A DNA stretch of 64,000 nt. Source: an uncultured Alphaproteobacteria bacterium. Lineage in GTDB: Bacteria > Pseudomonadota > Alphaproteobacteria > UBA9655. The DNA lies in NCBI GenBank assembly GCA_964605015.1, contig CAZSAH010000001.1, positions 55,168-119,167 on the forward strand. The letters are read 5' to 3'. This document shows positions 24,384-34,841 of this stretch, in pieces. Made by a program: the position numbers and the translations under genes. The stretch's first letter is position 1. The number at the start of each line of letters is the position of its first letter. Below the pieces are notes generated by a model. It saw nothing but the letters and a program-made list of their open reading frames with translations. It was not told where the DNA came from and did not search any database.

Positions 24384-24667
24384 TGAACGAATTCAATAAA
24401 CAGCTTTATTCTCTTGGCCTTCAAGGGGTCATGGAACGATATATCTCCCATTATTTTGATCTCCATGGAAATATTCTGCCCAGTGCTGGATTGTATCACT
24501 GTTTGATGAAGGAAATAGAAAAGCCTTTGATTGAGGTGTCTTTAAGGCGTCTTAAAGGGAATCAAGTGCAAGTTGCAAAACTTTTAGGAATTGACCGCAA
24601 TACTTTAAGAAGAAAAATTCAAGCCCTTAATATCTCGCTTGACATGTCTGGTGCTGATGGTCGTTGA
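24383..24667 (+). CDS. Stand-alone Fis-type helix-turn-helix DNA-binding protein
   Basis: LYHCLMKEIEKPLIEVSLRRLKGNQVQVAKLLGIDRNTLRRKIQAL parallels E. coli Fis [46 protein letters not shown] and the C-terminal domain of NtrC. The start overlaps the dusB stop (TGATG). Confidence 0.75.
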   Translation: MNEFNKQLYSLGLQGVMERYISHYFDLHGNILPSAGLYHCLMKEIEKPLIEVSLRRLKGNQVQVAKLLGIDRNTLRRKIQALNISLDMSGADGR

Positions 24668-26822
24668 TGCCTTTCATCGCTTAAAAGACTGGGCCACCCA
24701 GCGGCAGCTGGGGCGCAAGCTTCTGGTGCTTTTGGTTGCGGGCTCAATCATTTCAGTGATTGCAACCTATGTCACGCTCACCAGATCGCCGCCTTTTCTG
24801 AAAGACAAAAACTTTTTAATTTTTCTGCTCAGCCTTGATTTTGTGCTTCTTCTCACTCTTGCAGCGATTGTGGCCAAAAACATTACGGCCCTTTGGGTAG
24901 AGAGAAAAAGCGATCAAGCGGGGGCGAAGCTTCACGGACGTATCGTTGCCATCTTTAGTCTTTTGGCGATTACACCAACGATCCTTGTGGCAAGCTTTTC
25001 AACCATTTTCTTTAATATTGTTATTCAAAGTTGGTTTAACCAACGGGTGGAAACAGCCATTGGGGAGTCCATTGCTATTGCAGGGGCGTATTTGGGGGAA
25101 CACCAAAAAGTGATCAGCGCCAATGCGCAAGCCATGGCCGCAGATCTGGCCCCTCTCATTCAATATTCCACTCCTGAATCAGGACTATTGGACCAAAAGC
25201 TTACGGATCAAACTCAGGCGCGTGCCCTTGATGAGGCCATCATCTTTAATGATAAAATGGAAATTTTAGGGCGATCTCGCTTTTCTTTTGCCTTAGATTT
25301 TCTGAAAATTCAAGCGGCTGACTTGGCACGCGCACAAGATGCCCCTGTAATTCATACAAATGCGGAAAAGGACCGGGTGCGTGCCCTTGTGGCCATTAAT
25401 CCTTTGACCAATACCTATCTGTTGGTGGGACGGCAGGTGTCGCCTACGGTTTTAAGTCGGATTGAAAATGCTGAAAAAGCCGCTCAAGAATATGCGCGCC
25501 TTGAGTCCGAAGGATCAAGTCTGGCCCTTAAGTTCGCCCTTATCTTTGTGGGCATTGCTGTTTTATTGCTTTTAGCGGCTGTTCTCGCAGGGCTTCTTTT
25601 TGCTAATAAACTGGCACGCCCCATGCGTCGTTTAATCCAAGCCTCAGATGAAGTTTCGAAAGGCAACCTTTCCTTTCATATTCCTGAAGAGGAAGGGAAT
25701 GAAGAATTTTCATCTCTGATTTCTTCTTACAATCGGATGACAACCCAGCTTGATTCCCAAAGAGAACAACTTGATGGGCGTCGCCGCTTTACAGAAGCTG
25801 TGTTGAGCGGGGTATCCGCTGGGGTGATTGGTTTAGATGCCAAGGGGAAAATTAATTTGCCCAATCACTCTGCCAGCAAACTATTAGGCGTTGAGTTGAT
25901 GCATAAAATAGGAAAAAAACTGGTGGACGTCATTCCAGAGATGGCGCCGCTTTTTAAAGAAATCAAGGAAATCAAAACCAACTTTATCGAAAAACAAGTT
26001 ATCTTTAATCAAAAGGGGCATGGTCACACTTTTTTTGTGCGCGTTTCCTTAGAAAAGAAAAACAGCAAAATCACGGGCTATGTTGTCACCTTTGATGATA
26101 TTACCCAGCTACAAGCGGCGCAACGAAAGGCAGCGTGGTCCGATATGGGACGACGCGTGGCCCATGAGATAAAAAACCCGCTCACGCCCATTCGCCTCTC
26201 AGCGGAGCGATTAAAACGGCGTTATTCAAAGCAAATTCTTCAAGATCCGGAAACCTTTCAAAACTGTGTGGACACCATTATTCGTCAGGTGGACAATATC
26301 GGACAGTTGGTGAGCGAATTTTCATCTTTCGCGCGTATGCCAGCCCCTGATATGAAACTCGAAGATCTTGTGCAGATCTGCAAAGACGAAGTCTTCCTTC
26401 AGCAACATGCCCGACATGATTTAAAAATTGACTTTATGACCTCTTTAGCCACCCTTCCTTTTGTGTGCGATCGGGGGCAAATCGGTCAAGTTCTCACCAA
26501 CCTCATACAAAATGCTATTCAGGCGATTGAAGCAAAAAATATTTTTCTTGGCCATGTAGATGTGACTTTACAAACTGAGGGACAAAAAATTATTTTAAAG
26601 GTCTTAGATAATGGAATTGGGCTTCCTGCAGAACATCGGGAACGTCTTACGGAACCTTATGTCACATTTCGTGAAAAAGGAACAGGACTAGGGCTTGCGA
26701 TTGTGAAGAAAATCATAGAAGATCACGGGGGTATTTTAACCCTTCAAGATCATCCTGATGAGGGAACCATGGTTGAAATTGTGTTCACGCGGGCAAGTCT
26801 TGGTCAAGCTGTTGCAAATTAA
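24639..26822 (+). CDS. ntrY: Sensor histidine kinase NtrY
   Basis: N-terminal TM segments, a HAMP-like region, a PAS region, an H-box AHEIKNPLTPI, and N/G boxes (NLIQNAIQA, DNGIGLP, GTGLGLAIVKKI). Lies upstream of ntrX. The start is uncertain (Met 24639 or Met 24657, both overlapping the Fis-like gene). Confidence 0.85.
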   Translation: MTCLVLMVVDAFHRLKDWATQRQLGRKLLVLLVAGSIISVIATYVTLTRSPPFLKDKNFLIFLLSLDFVLLLTLAAIVAKNITALWVERKSDQAGAKLHGRIVAIFSLLAITPTILVASFSTIFFNIVIQSWFNQRVETAIGESIAIAGAYLGEHQKVISANAQAMAADLAPLIQYSTPESGLLDQKLTDQTQARALDEAIIFNDKMEILGRSRFSFALDFLKIQAADLARAQDAPVIHTNAEKDRVRALVAINPLTNTYLLVGRQVSPTVLSRIENAEKAAQEYARLESEGSSLALKFALIFVGIAVLLLLAAVLAGLLFANKLARPMRRLIQASDEVSKGNLSFHIPEEEGNEEFSSLISSYNRMTTQLDSQREQLDGRRRFTEAVLSGVSAGVIGLDAKGKINLPNHSASKLLGVELMHKIGKKLVDVIPEMAPLFKEIKEIKTNFIEKQVIFNQKGHGHTFFVRVSLEKKNSKITGYVVTFDDITQLQAAQRKAAWSDMGRRVAHEIKNPLTPIRLSAERLKRRYSKQILQDPETFQNCVDTIIRQVDNIGQLVSEFSSFARMPAPDMKLEDLVQICKDEVFLQQHARHDLKIDFMTSLATLPFVCDRGQIGQVLTNLIQNAIQAIEAKNIFLGHVDVTLQTEGQKIILKVLDNGIGLPAEHRERLTEPYVTFREKGTGLGLAIVKKIIEDHGGILTLQDHPDEGTMVEIVFTRASLGQAVAN

Positions 26823-26833
26823 GGAATATTAAA

Positions 26834-28210
26834 ATGAGTCAAGATATTCTAATCGTAGATGATGAACCAGACATCAGGGATCTTGTGTCTGGCATTCTAT
26901 CTGATGAAGGATTTACAACGCGTGTAGCGGCCACAGGAGAAAAGGCTTTAGAGGAAATTTCTCTGCGCCAACCTCATCTTCTTATCCTTGACGTATGGCT
27001 GGGGGATCCGAAGTATGATGGGTTGAAAATCCTAGAGCTCATCAAAAAAACAAACCCAGACCTTCCCATTCTGATGATCAGTGGCCATGGTACCGTGGAA
27101 ACGGCTGTGGGCGCCATTAAATTAGGTGCTTACGATTTTATTGAAAAACCGTTCAAAACAGACCGCTTATTGTTGGTTGTTTCTCGTGCCATGGAAGCGG
27201 CGGCTTTGCGGAAAGAAAATCGCCATCTTAAGGAAGCCGTTCTGGCGCCGCAAATGATTGGCAGCTCTTCAGCCATTCAAGCGGTCCGTAAGACAATTGA
27301 AAAAGTAGCCCCTGCAAATAGTCGCGTCTTAATGGTGGGACCTGCGGGTGTGGGCAAAGAGCTTGCGGCCCGTGAAATCCATGCGAAATCAAAGCGTGCT
27401 GCGGGTCCTTTCCTTGTTCTTCATTGTTTAATGGATTCGGAAATTTCTTTAGAGGATGCTCTTTTTGGAACAGAAACAGCCGAGTCTCGTACACTTGGTC
27501 TTTTAGAACTCGCCCATGGGGGAACTCTCTTCCTTGATGAGGTCACCGAGCTATCCCTTGAAAGCCAAGCCAAACTGGTTCGGTTTTTACATGAACATGC
27601 TTTCAAACGCCGGGGTGGACAGCAAAAAGTAACAGCTGATGTGCGCGTTCTGGCTGCGACAAAACGGGATATAAAGGCCTCCATTGAGGCTGGTTTGTTT
27701 CGTGAAGACCTTTATTATCGTCTGAACGTTGTGACCCTCTCTTTACCCCCTTTAAAAGAACGCCTTGAAGATATCCCAGACCTTGTGGCCTATTTTGTGG
27801 ATCGCTTGTCCAAACAGGCGAGCGTTCCCAAGCGCCAGTTTTCAGATCCTTCTCTGACCTTAATGCGCACATACAAGTGGCCAGGGAATGTCCATGAACT
27901 CCGCAACGTTGTGGAAAGAGCGCTTATTCTTTCGCCTGCCGCCAATGATGCAATCGTTACCCCCGACGAGCTTCCTCCAGAGGTAAGGGGCGAAACCATG
28001 CCCTCATCTTCTCAAAATTCCACTGACTTTCTGTCCATGCCCTTGCGAGAAGCGCGAGAATACTTCGAGCGAGAATATCTTCTTGCGCAAGTGCATAAAT
28101 TTTCAGGGAATATTTCTCGCACCGCCACCTTTATTGGAATGGAACGGTCGGCCCTTCACCGCAAACTCCGCCAGCTTCAGGTGGAGCACAAGAAAGTAAG
28201 CGGAGAGTGA
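26834..28210 (+). CDS. ntrX: Response regulator NtrX (receiver + AAA+ + Fis-type HTH)
   Basis: Receiver ILIVDDEPDIRD...LDVWL, Walker A GPAGVGKE, GGTLFLDEV, and a C-terminal HTH GNISRTATFIGMERSALHRKL. The GAFTGA sigma-54 contact loop is absent (EDALFGTETAESRTLG), as known for NtrX. Confidence 0.85.
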   Translation: MSQDILIVDDEPDIRDLVSGILSDEGFTTRVAATGEKALEEISLRQPHLLILDVWLGDPKYDGLKILELIKKTNPDLPILMISGHGTVETAVGAIKLGAYDFIEKPFKTDRLLLVVSRAMEAAALRKENRHLKEAVLAPQMIGSSSAIQAVRKTIEKVAPANSRVLMVGPAGVGKELAAREIHAKSKRAAGPFLVLHCLMDSEISLEDALFGTETAESRTLGLLELAHGGTLFLDEVTELSLESQAKLVRFLHEHAFKRRGGQQKVTADVRVLAATKRDIKASIEAGLFREDLYYRLNVVTLSLPPLKERLEDIPDLVAYFVDRLSKQASVPKRQFSDPSLTLMRTYKWPGNVHELRNVVERALILSPAANDAIVTPDELPPEVRGETMPSSSQNSTDFLSMPLREAREYFEREYLLAQVHKFSGNISRTATFIGMERSALHRKLRQLQVEHKKVSGE

Positions 28211-28299
28211 ACCCCTTCGGGCCCCTCCCTATCACGTGCTTTTTCAGGCTCTTCTTGGTGTGTCGCAAGGGTTTTGAGTGTTCTTTGAGCAACCTAGAT

Positions 28300-28329
28300 C
28301 GAACCAGGCTTTTGTCAGACTCTGGTTCG
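28300..28329. terminator. Hairpin between convergent ntrX and the glycan island
   Basis: CGAACCAG-(14 nt loop)-CTGGTTCG. No convincing T-run. Positional call only. Confidence 0.3.
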
Positions 28330-28416
28330 CGTTATTAAGTTGGTAAGATAGTCATTGTACGGTCGCTGATGGGTTCACGTCAGAGGCAAACAAAGTATCC
28401 CTAAAGTTTAACGAAG

Positions 28417-29640
28417 TTAAACACACTCAACCTCTGGAAGAGGAAAGATAAATTTCCCCCCTTTTTGCCGGAAACTCTCTTCTCGTGTTAAAAACTCACT
28501 TTTAAAATGCCAAGGAAGAACAAAAAAATAATCCGGATTGGCTTCTCGAGACTCTGCTTCCGAAATGATCGGAATCGTCATTCCAGGAGTGTATTTTCCC
28601 CACTTCACAGGATTACGATCTGCAATAGCTTCAATTAGATCAGTCGTTATTCCACAATACTGCAGCAATGTATTTCCTTTTGTTGAAGCCCCATATCCAT
28701 GAACCTTCTGTCCCTTATTTTTACATTCATTGAGCAACAAAAGTATGGAATTTTTTATGGATTCAATGTCTTGCGCAAAACGAGCAAGCAACGGCTCTAT
28801 TTCTTTTTCATTTTCAAGGATGTGATTTATTTTATCCAAATTTTGTGGAAAGCGTGCTGAGTCATGGCATGCATAAAGGCGGAAGCTTCCTCCATTAATG
28901 TCATTAAACTCAACATTAAAGATTCGCATTTTATGCCTACGCAGAAGCGTAATGAGCTGAGAGAGCCCATAGTACTCAAGATGCTCGTGACAAACCGTAT
29001 CAAAAGACTTCTGTTTTAACATTGTCGGGAGATAGCTTTGTTCAAAAACCCAAACTCCATCCTCTGCTAAAGCATCAGCAATATCCGCTACAAATTTATT
29101 AGGATCCGGAAGATCGTAGAACATAGCTATACTTGTAATAATCTTTGCCTTTTGCGTAGGAAAAACGTTTCGAAACGCTTGGCTTGTAAAAAAATCACCC
29201 ACGCGTGTTACATCATCGGGATAAAATTCTTTAAATTGATCACTTGTGGGATCAATGCCTATACGGTGCAGATCTTTTGACACGTACGCCTTGAGAAGGG
29301 TGCAATCATTACTTCCTATGTCTAAAACAATATCTCCAGGTTTTAAGCCAACCAAAGCACTGGCTTCATTAACAATTCCTCGCAGATGATTCTTCATGGT
29401 TTCATTGAGCCCAGAACGATACCCATAAGTGTGTCGGAATAAATCATCTTGGCGATAGTCATGTTTTAATTGCACCAAAAGACACTGTGTACACCGAATC
29501 AATACCATGGGCGCTGAGGGAACATTTTCGTTTGCAGATTCAGGAAAATAACCACATGAAGCCACATTTCCGAAATCAAAAACTTCTGTGAAGTCCTCAT
29601 GATGGCAAATTCTGCAAGATTTTATTTCTTCGTGATGCAT
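28417..29640 (-). CDS. NDP-hexose C-methyltransferase family protein (TylCIII-like architecture)
   Basis: N-terminal zinc ribbon (CRIC...CTQC), SAM motif I VLDIGSNDCTLL, and a C-terminal GASTKGNTLLQYCGI domain. Paralogue of ORF 48238-49476. Confidence 0.75.
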   Translation of the reverse strand: MHHEEIKSCRICHHEDFTEVFDFGNVASCGYFPESANENVPSAPMVLIRCTQCLLVQLKHDYRQDDLFRHTYGYRSGLNETMKNHLRGIVNEASALVGLKPGDIVLDIGSNDCTLLKAYVSKDLHRIGIDPTSDQFKEFYPDDVTRVGDFFTSQAFRNVFPTQKAKIITSIAMFYDLPDPNKFVADIADALAEDGVWVFEQSYLPTMLKQKSFDTVCHEHLEYYGLSQLITLLRRHKMRIFNVEFNDINGGSFRLYACHDSARFPQNLDKINHILENEKEIEPLLARFAQDIESIKNSILLLLNECKNKGQKVHGYGASTKGNTLLQYCGITTDLIEAIADRNPVKWGKYTPGMTIPIISEAESREANPDYFFVLPWHFKSEFLTREESFRQKGGKFIFPLPEVECV

Positions 29641-29733
29641 TAATCTAACTTTCTTGTAAGGGCTGATCTATTAAATTCCACTTTCCTTAAGGTATGTGCA
29701 GAAAACAAATAAGAATGCTTCAATGAAAACATA

Positions 29734-32325
29734 TTATTTTTGTAGTTTGCTTTTTAAAATTTCAAAAAGTTGTTGTCCGTCCTTAATGTCTTCTCTCCTA
29801 CAATTTACAGAAAATTGAAACTGAATACGCTGATCTATTTTACCTTTAAATAAAAGTGCGCTCTGAACCAAGTTTGCACGAATGAAACGAACATTTTCAG
29901 CAGGACTCATGTAAAAACAATGGGAGTATTGCACAGGCAATAACAACAGAGACCAATCACTACTTTCCGCTTGAACGTGGATTTCATTAGGTTCAAATCT
30001 TATAGATGCATCTTTCGCTGAAACTAAAGGACTTGGCAAGTCTTTTTCTTGGATAACGACCGAGTTTTCAAATGAAAAGTGAGGATCTCTTAAGAGTGAA
30101 AATATTTTATTTTCATCGGCAAGATAAATGGGGAGCGTGGGACTAAAGGTACCCAGGTTAGGGCGGTTAATTTCATATAAAAATAAAGTTGGCGACATAA
30201 TATAAGCATGGAGATACCCATAAAAATAATTTTTTGCTTCTTTCAAATCAGAGAGTTCTATTTTTTTGTTGAGGTTATCCTTTGTAACTATGTCCAAGGC
30301 ACTGCTTAATCCCGCAATTACTTTTTGAATGTCCTTATCCGATGTAGATGGGTAATCTTTCTGTATCTCTTTCATAAACTCACTTAAAAACTGCGATTTT
30401 TCAATATCTGATTCAGAGTTTATGCTATGAGAAAATGCTCTAAATTTTTCTGGATTTAGAAAAGATTCATATATATTCATAGCGTTTTTAACACCATAAA
30501 GGCTTATTCCCTCGATCTTCCTCGGCGTTTGTTCTAAAATTTTAGTAACTCCAGCGTGGTTTAAAATGCTATCGGTTATTATAAAACGTACGCCTAAAGC
30601 AGACAAAACTCGCAGATCAAGGTCATACACTTCTAAAGAAACAACTGGGGAACGGCAAAGAGATGGATCTTTACTTAATGCAGAAAAATTTAACAAGTTT
30701 TGCCAAAAAATAAGCATAGGCACATTGATCATTTGTGCATACTCTTCTAGGGTTGGAATGTTATATTTCCACAAATCGCTTAACATATGTGTGCTACCAT
30801 GAACATCTGATCGCTTTAAGTAGAGGCGTGTATTGATATAGTGGTCTAGTGGAGAAGAAGGAGCACTTTTGCCACAATCTATTGTTTTTCTTAAAGAGGA
30901 GTCCGCGCTTGCAAAATAAGAAATCACCGAGCCCCGAAAACGATCACCTGGATCAAGAGAAACTTGCTTACGCAGATATTCAATTATTACTTGTTCTGAC
31001 TTGGATTGTGTTGAAGAAATTGAATTTTCACGTATTTCTAGATACAATAACAGAGATGCAACCAATGGAGCTATCATTAAAGCAAAGCAAGAAAGTATAC
31101 TTATTTTTTTTTCTTTAAATTTCACCTTTTTAAAATAATTAAAGGAAAATCTATTCATTGTTGATATGAAACTTTCCCACAAAAAAGAGAAAAAAAGAAT
31201 AAAAAAGAGCATAAAAAATGCTTGGGATGCCATCGCAAGATACTGAGGACTTATCTGAGTGATTCGCCCTTGTATAATAGAATTGTCAAAGCAAAACCTT
31301 AGTAGGTCTGGTAAAAGTGCAATAATAAGAAAACACAAAGATATCCAACGATATTGACGTCTAAGTAAACCCATTACCCCCCCTAGAAAACTGAGAGCAT
31401 AAAGATAGGAAAATGGGTTCTTAAAAGAGAAAAAAACATAAAATGGACTTATAATAATGCTTTTCGGGCCACTGTACGTTGGCCATTTTGAAGGAAAATG
31501 AAATGAGATAAGTTTGCTACTTGAAAGGAGGGTACGTGCTCCATAGTGCTCCAAGACCTCATAGTAAGCAGGAATTTTAAAAATTAGCAGTAAAGCACTT
31601 ATGCAAAATAAAGCACTTACTTTCCATAAGATAGACGATCGATTAAGATACTGAAATGTGTACCCAGCACACATAAGTCCATAGGTTGCCACATAAAACA
31701 CGGAATAAAATACTGAAGATATGAACAAGACAAAACTAAGAAACATCAAAAGTAAAAGTAAAATAAAATTCTTGTTCCGACTTTCTTCACCAAGCGCTAT
31801 ATATGTGATAAACATCAAATTGCTCACAACCATTAAGTGTACGACATAAGGAGCAAGGCCTATGAGGGAAATCTGAGAAAATGGAGGGAAGAAAAACAAT
31901 AAAAACGTTTGCCCAACAAGTATGGATTGGATAGTTGTTAACTTGAGAGAGCGCGCTAAAAAAAATAGTGAGAAAAAAGCTTCAAGCCAATAAATAGAAT
32001 ACGAAATAATATGATTTATCGAAAGGTCAAAAGGGAGAGACACCGCCAAGGCACCTGGGTTCCACCAGGAATTGACTGGAAGGAACGTTGAGACCATACC
32101 CTGGAAAGGATTAAGCGCAATTACATTAAATGGCGTAGACCACTTGACTAAAGCTGTAGAAATCCAAGAAAACATGCCTCCATCAATGTTCGCGTACAGG
32201 ACGGTACAATCCCCTCCACTGTAAGCAACCCATGTAAATGCAAAAATAGCAAAAAGCCATAAAGTAGAAAGACTACCAATAGCTATTTGAAAAAATAGTG
32301 CCTTATTTTCTATAGCTTTATTCAT
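29734..32325 (-). CDS. Large polytopic membrane protein (863 aa), candidate GT-C-type glycosyltransferase/polymerase
   Basis: About 430 aa of TM helices followed by a soluble domain of about 430 aa. The start abuts the manC stop. Function is inferred only from context (GT2 + flippase-like + nucleotide-sugar genes). Confidence 0.4.
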   Translation of the reverse strand: MNKAIENKALFFQIAIGSLSTLWLFAIFAFTWVAYSGGDCTVLYANIDGGMFSWISTALVKWSTPFNVIALNPFQGMVSTFLPVNSWWNPGALAVSLPFDLSINHIISYSIYWLEAFFSLFFLARSLKLTTIQSILVGQTFLLFFFPPFSQISLIGLAPYVVHLMVVSNLMFITYIALGEESRNKNFILLLLLMFLSFVLFISSVFYSVFYVATYGLMCAGYTFQYLNRSSILWKVSALFCISALLLIFKIPAYYEVLEHYGARTLLSSSKLISFHFPSKWPTYSGPKSIIISPFYVFFSFKNPFSYLYALSFLGGVMGLLRRQYRWISLCFLIIALLPDLLRFCFDNSIIQGRITQISPQYLAMASQAFFMLFFILFFSFLWESFISTMNRFSFNYFKKVKFKEKKISILSCFALMIAPLVASLLLYLEIRENSISSTQSKSEQVIIEYLRKQVSLDPGDRFRGSVISYFASADSSLRKTIDCGKSAPSSPLDHYINTRLYLKRSDVHGSTHMLSDLWKYNIPTLEEYAQMINVPMLIFWQNLLNFSALSKDPSLCRSPVVSLEVYDLDLRVLSALGVRFIITDSILNHAGVTKILEQTPRKIEGISLYGVKNAMNIYESFLNPEKFRAFSHSINSESDIEKSQFLSEFMKEIQKDYPSTSDKDIQKVIAGLSSALDIVTKDNLNKKIELSDLKEAKNYFYGYLHAYIMSPTLFLYEINRPNLGTFSPTLPIYLADENKIFSLLRDPHFSFENSVVIQEKDLPSPLVSAKDASIRFEPNEIHVQAESSDWSLLLLPVQYSHCFYMSPAENVRFIRANLVQSALLFKGKIDQRIQFQFSVNCRREDIKDGQQLFEILKSKLQK

Positions 32326-32326
32326 A

Positions 32327-33760
32327 TCAAATTACTCTCTTATTTTCAACTCGCCCATACATATCCTCAAGCCTTACAATGTCATCTTCTCCCAAATAAT
32401 CTCCTAACTGAACTTCTATAAATTGTAAAGGTGTGTCTCCTGTATTTTCCACTCGATGAATAATCCCTTGTGGGAGATGAATTGTATCCCCTTTGTACAT
32501 GATAAGCTCTTGGTCATCACGCGTTACCTTCGCAGTTCCTTGGATAATGACCCAATGCTCTTCTCGATGATGATGGAGTTGAAGAGAAAGCTTTCCATGA
32601 GGATTAACCGTGATCTTCTTAACTTGAAACCCATCTCCACTATCTATAGATTGATACTGCCCCCAAGGACGATAAACAATGCCTTTATGTGATTCGTGCT
32701 CAGTTCTATTTTCATCTTTTAAAGTTTTTACAATATCTCTAACATCCTGAGAATAACTTTTGTTGGCAACAAGGACTGCATCACCGTCAGCAACCACAAT
32801 AATATCATCTAACCCCAACACTGAAATAAGCTGATTTTCGCTTCTGATGTAGGACCTTCGAACGTCCTTTACGAGAACATCCCCAACCAAGGTATTCTCG
32901 TTATTATCTTTTGAAGATATTTTCCAAAGCTCTTCCCAACACCCTAAATCGCACCAGCCCATATTCGCCTCAATCACAACACCTTCCTTTGTTTTCTCTG
33001 TTATGGCGTGATCAATAGAAAGACTCGGAAGGTTAAGAAATGACTTTTCTTCTAATCTTAAAAAATTGGCCTCTCTCGACGCATTGCTGAGTGATCTCTT
33101 GCACAATGCTAAAATTTCAGGTTGGAGATTGCGAAACTCCTCCAACATAGTTGATGCCTTAAACATATAAAGACCACAGTTCCACAAATAGGCCTTTGTT
33201 GATAAATATTTTTCAGCAATTTTTTTGTTCGGTTTTTCAACAAATTGTTGAATTGTGTAAATCCCTGTCGTGCCAAAAGCTTCCTGCCCCTTTTGAATGT
33301 AGCCGTAAGCTGTTGACGGAAAATCAGCTACAGCACCAAAAGTAACAATTTTTCCGGCGGCCACAATAGGAATTGCTTTAGAAACTAAGTGGTGGAATTG
33401 AGCGGTGTCCTCTATAAAATGATCAGAGGGAACGATGAGGATGATATCCTCAGGGCTATGAGAAAGACAAGTTATAGCAACAGCCGCTGCCGTGTTTTTT
33501 CCTTGTGGTTCTAAAATAATATTTTTTGGATTGACATCAATGGCCCTCAGCTGGTCAGAAATTAAAAATCGATGCTCTTCATTACAAATAACTGTAATAT
33601 CACCATAATTTTTATGAGATCTAAACCTTTGCGCAGTTTCTTGTATAAGCGTTTCTTTGTTAAGCAAATTCCAAAACTGCTTAGGAAATTTTGATCTTGA
33701 AAGGGGCCAAAGTCGTGATCCACTTCCTCCCGATAATATGACAGGAATAACCATACTCAT
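32327..33760 (-). CDS. manC: Mannose-1-phosphate guanylyltransferase / mannose-6-phosphate isomerase (type II)
   Basis: [25 protein letters not shown]-terminus and a C-terminal cupin [20 protein letters not shown]. 477 aa. ATGA overlap with gmd. Confidence 0.9.
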   Translation of the reverse strand: MSMVIPVILSGGSGSRLWPLSRSKFPKQFWNLLNKETLIQETAQRFRSHKNYGDITVICNEEHRFLISDQLRAIDVNPKNIILEPQGKNTAAAVAITCLSHSPEDIILIVPSDHFIEDTAQFHHLVSKAIPIVAAGKIVTFGAVADFPSTAYGYIQKGQEAFGTTGIYTIQQFVEKPNKKIAEKYLSTKAYLWNCGLYMFKASTMLEEFRNLQPEILALCKRSLSNASREANFLRLEEKSFLNLPSLSIDHAITEKTKEGVVIEANMGWCDLGCWEELWKISSKDNNENTLVGDVLVKDVRRSYIRSENQLISVLGLDDIIVVADGDAVLVANKSYSQDVRDIVKTLKDENRTEHESHKGIVYRPWGQYQSIDSGDGFQVKKITVNPHGKLSLQLHHHREEHWVIIQGTAKVTRDDQELIMYKGDTIHLPQGIIHRVENTGDTPLQFIEVQLGDYLGEDDIVRLEDMYGRVENKRVI

Positions 33761-34812
33761 CTTTTAAAATTTTCGATATCGCTTTGAACCATTTCTTTCA
33801 CAAGCTCAGAAAATGTTGTTTTGTGAATCCACCCGAGTTTTTCTTTGGCTTTTGTGCTATCACCAAGCAAAAAGTCAACCTCTGAAGGCCTGAAATATTT
33901 ACTGTCGACTTTAATTAGAGTGCGTCTATTGTTTTTATCAACACCGATCTCTTCTACACCATTTCCTTGCCATTCAATTGAAATATTGATGCAGGCAAAG
34001 GCTTTTTCTATAAATTCTCTTACAGAATGAGCTTCTCCTGTCGCGAGAACATAGTCATCAGGAGTGTCAGATTGCAAAATTCTCCACATGCCCTCAACAT
34101 AATCACGTGCATGCCCCCAATCTCTTTTTGCACCTAGATTACCAAGAGCAAGATAATCTTGAGCCCCATGAAAAATACGTGCAACAAATTTCGAAATTTT
34201 ACGCGTCACAAAAGCTTCCCCTCGAACAGGGCTTTCATGGTTAAATAGTATTCCATTTGATGCATGGAATCCATAAGCTTCGCGATAGTTAATTGTAGCC
34301 CAATAAGCATATAATTTAGCAACACCATAAGGGCTTCTGGGATAAAAGGGAGTTTTTTCTGTTTGGGGAATTTCCTGAACTTTTCCATAGAGTTCAGATG
34401 TTGATGCTTGATAAATGCGCATCTCATCCTGAGCTTTTAAAAGATGCACCGCTTCAAGCATACGAAGAGCCCCTAATGCGTCCACATTGGCTGTGTATTC
34501 CGGGGTTTCAAAGCTCACAGCGACATGACTTTGTGCTGCAAGATTGTATATTTCTGTCGGTTGAATTTCGTATAATAAGCGCATTAAGCAACTCATATCC
34601 GTCATATCACCATAATGAAGGATAAGATTTGAGCGAGCGTTTGCCTGCTTTTCGAAGATAGGATCTAGTCTATATCGGTTATTTGTTGAAGACCGGCGAA
34701 CCATACCATGAACAATATACCCTTTTTCCAAGAGCAACTCAGATAGATAAGCTCCATCTTGCCCATTAATTCCCGTTACAAACGCTATATTTTTATGTGA
34801 TTTTAAACTCAT
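33757..34812 (-). CDS. gmd: GDP-mannose 4,6-dehydratase
   Basis: [44 protein letters not shown] and [12 protein letters not shown] motifs. 351 aa. Confidence 0.92.
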   Translation of the reverse strand: MSLKSHKNIAFVTGINGQDGAYLSELLLEKGYIVHGMVRRSSTNNRYRLDPIFEKQANARSNLILHYGDMTDMSCLMRLLYEIQPTEIYNLAAQSHVAVSFETPEYTANVDALGALRMLEAVHLLKAQDEMRIYQASTSELYGKVQEIPQTEKTPFYPRSPYGVAKLYAYWATINYREAYGFHASNGILFNHESPVRGEAFVTRKISKFVARIFHGAQDYLALGNLGAKRDWGHARDYVEGMWRILQSDTPDDYVLATGEAHSVREFIEKAFACINISIEWQGNGVEEIGVDKNNRRTLIKVDSKYFRPSEVDFLLGDSTKAKEKLGWIHKTTFSELVKEMVQSDIENFKR

Positions 34813-34841
34813 TTACGTATCCTATCTAATAAGAAAGAGTT

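Noticed and set aside
28290-28335. tRNA fragment / integration att site at the ntrX-glycan island boundary (..GATCGAACCAG...CTGGTTCGCG..)
   Set aside because: It resembles a T-arm only superficially. No acceptor stem or CCA-proximal sequence can be built, so I treat it as a simple hairpin.
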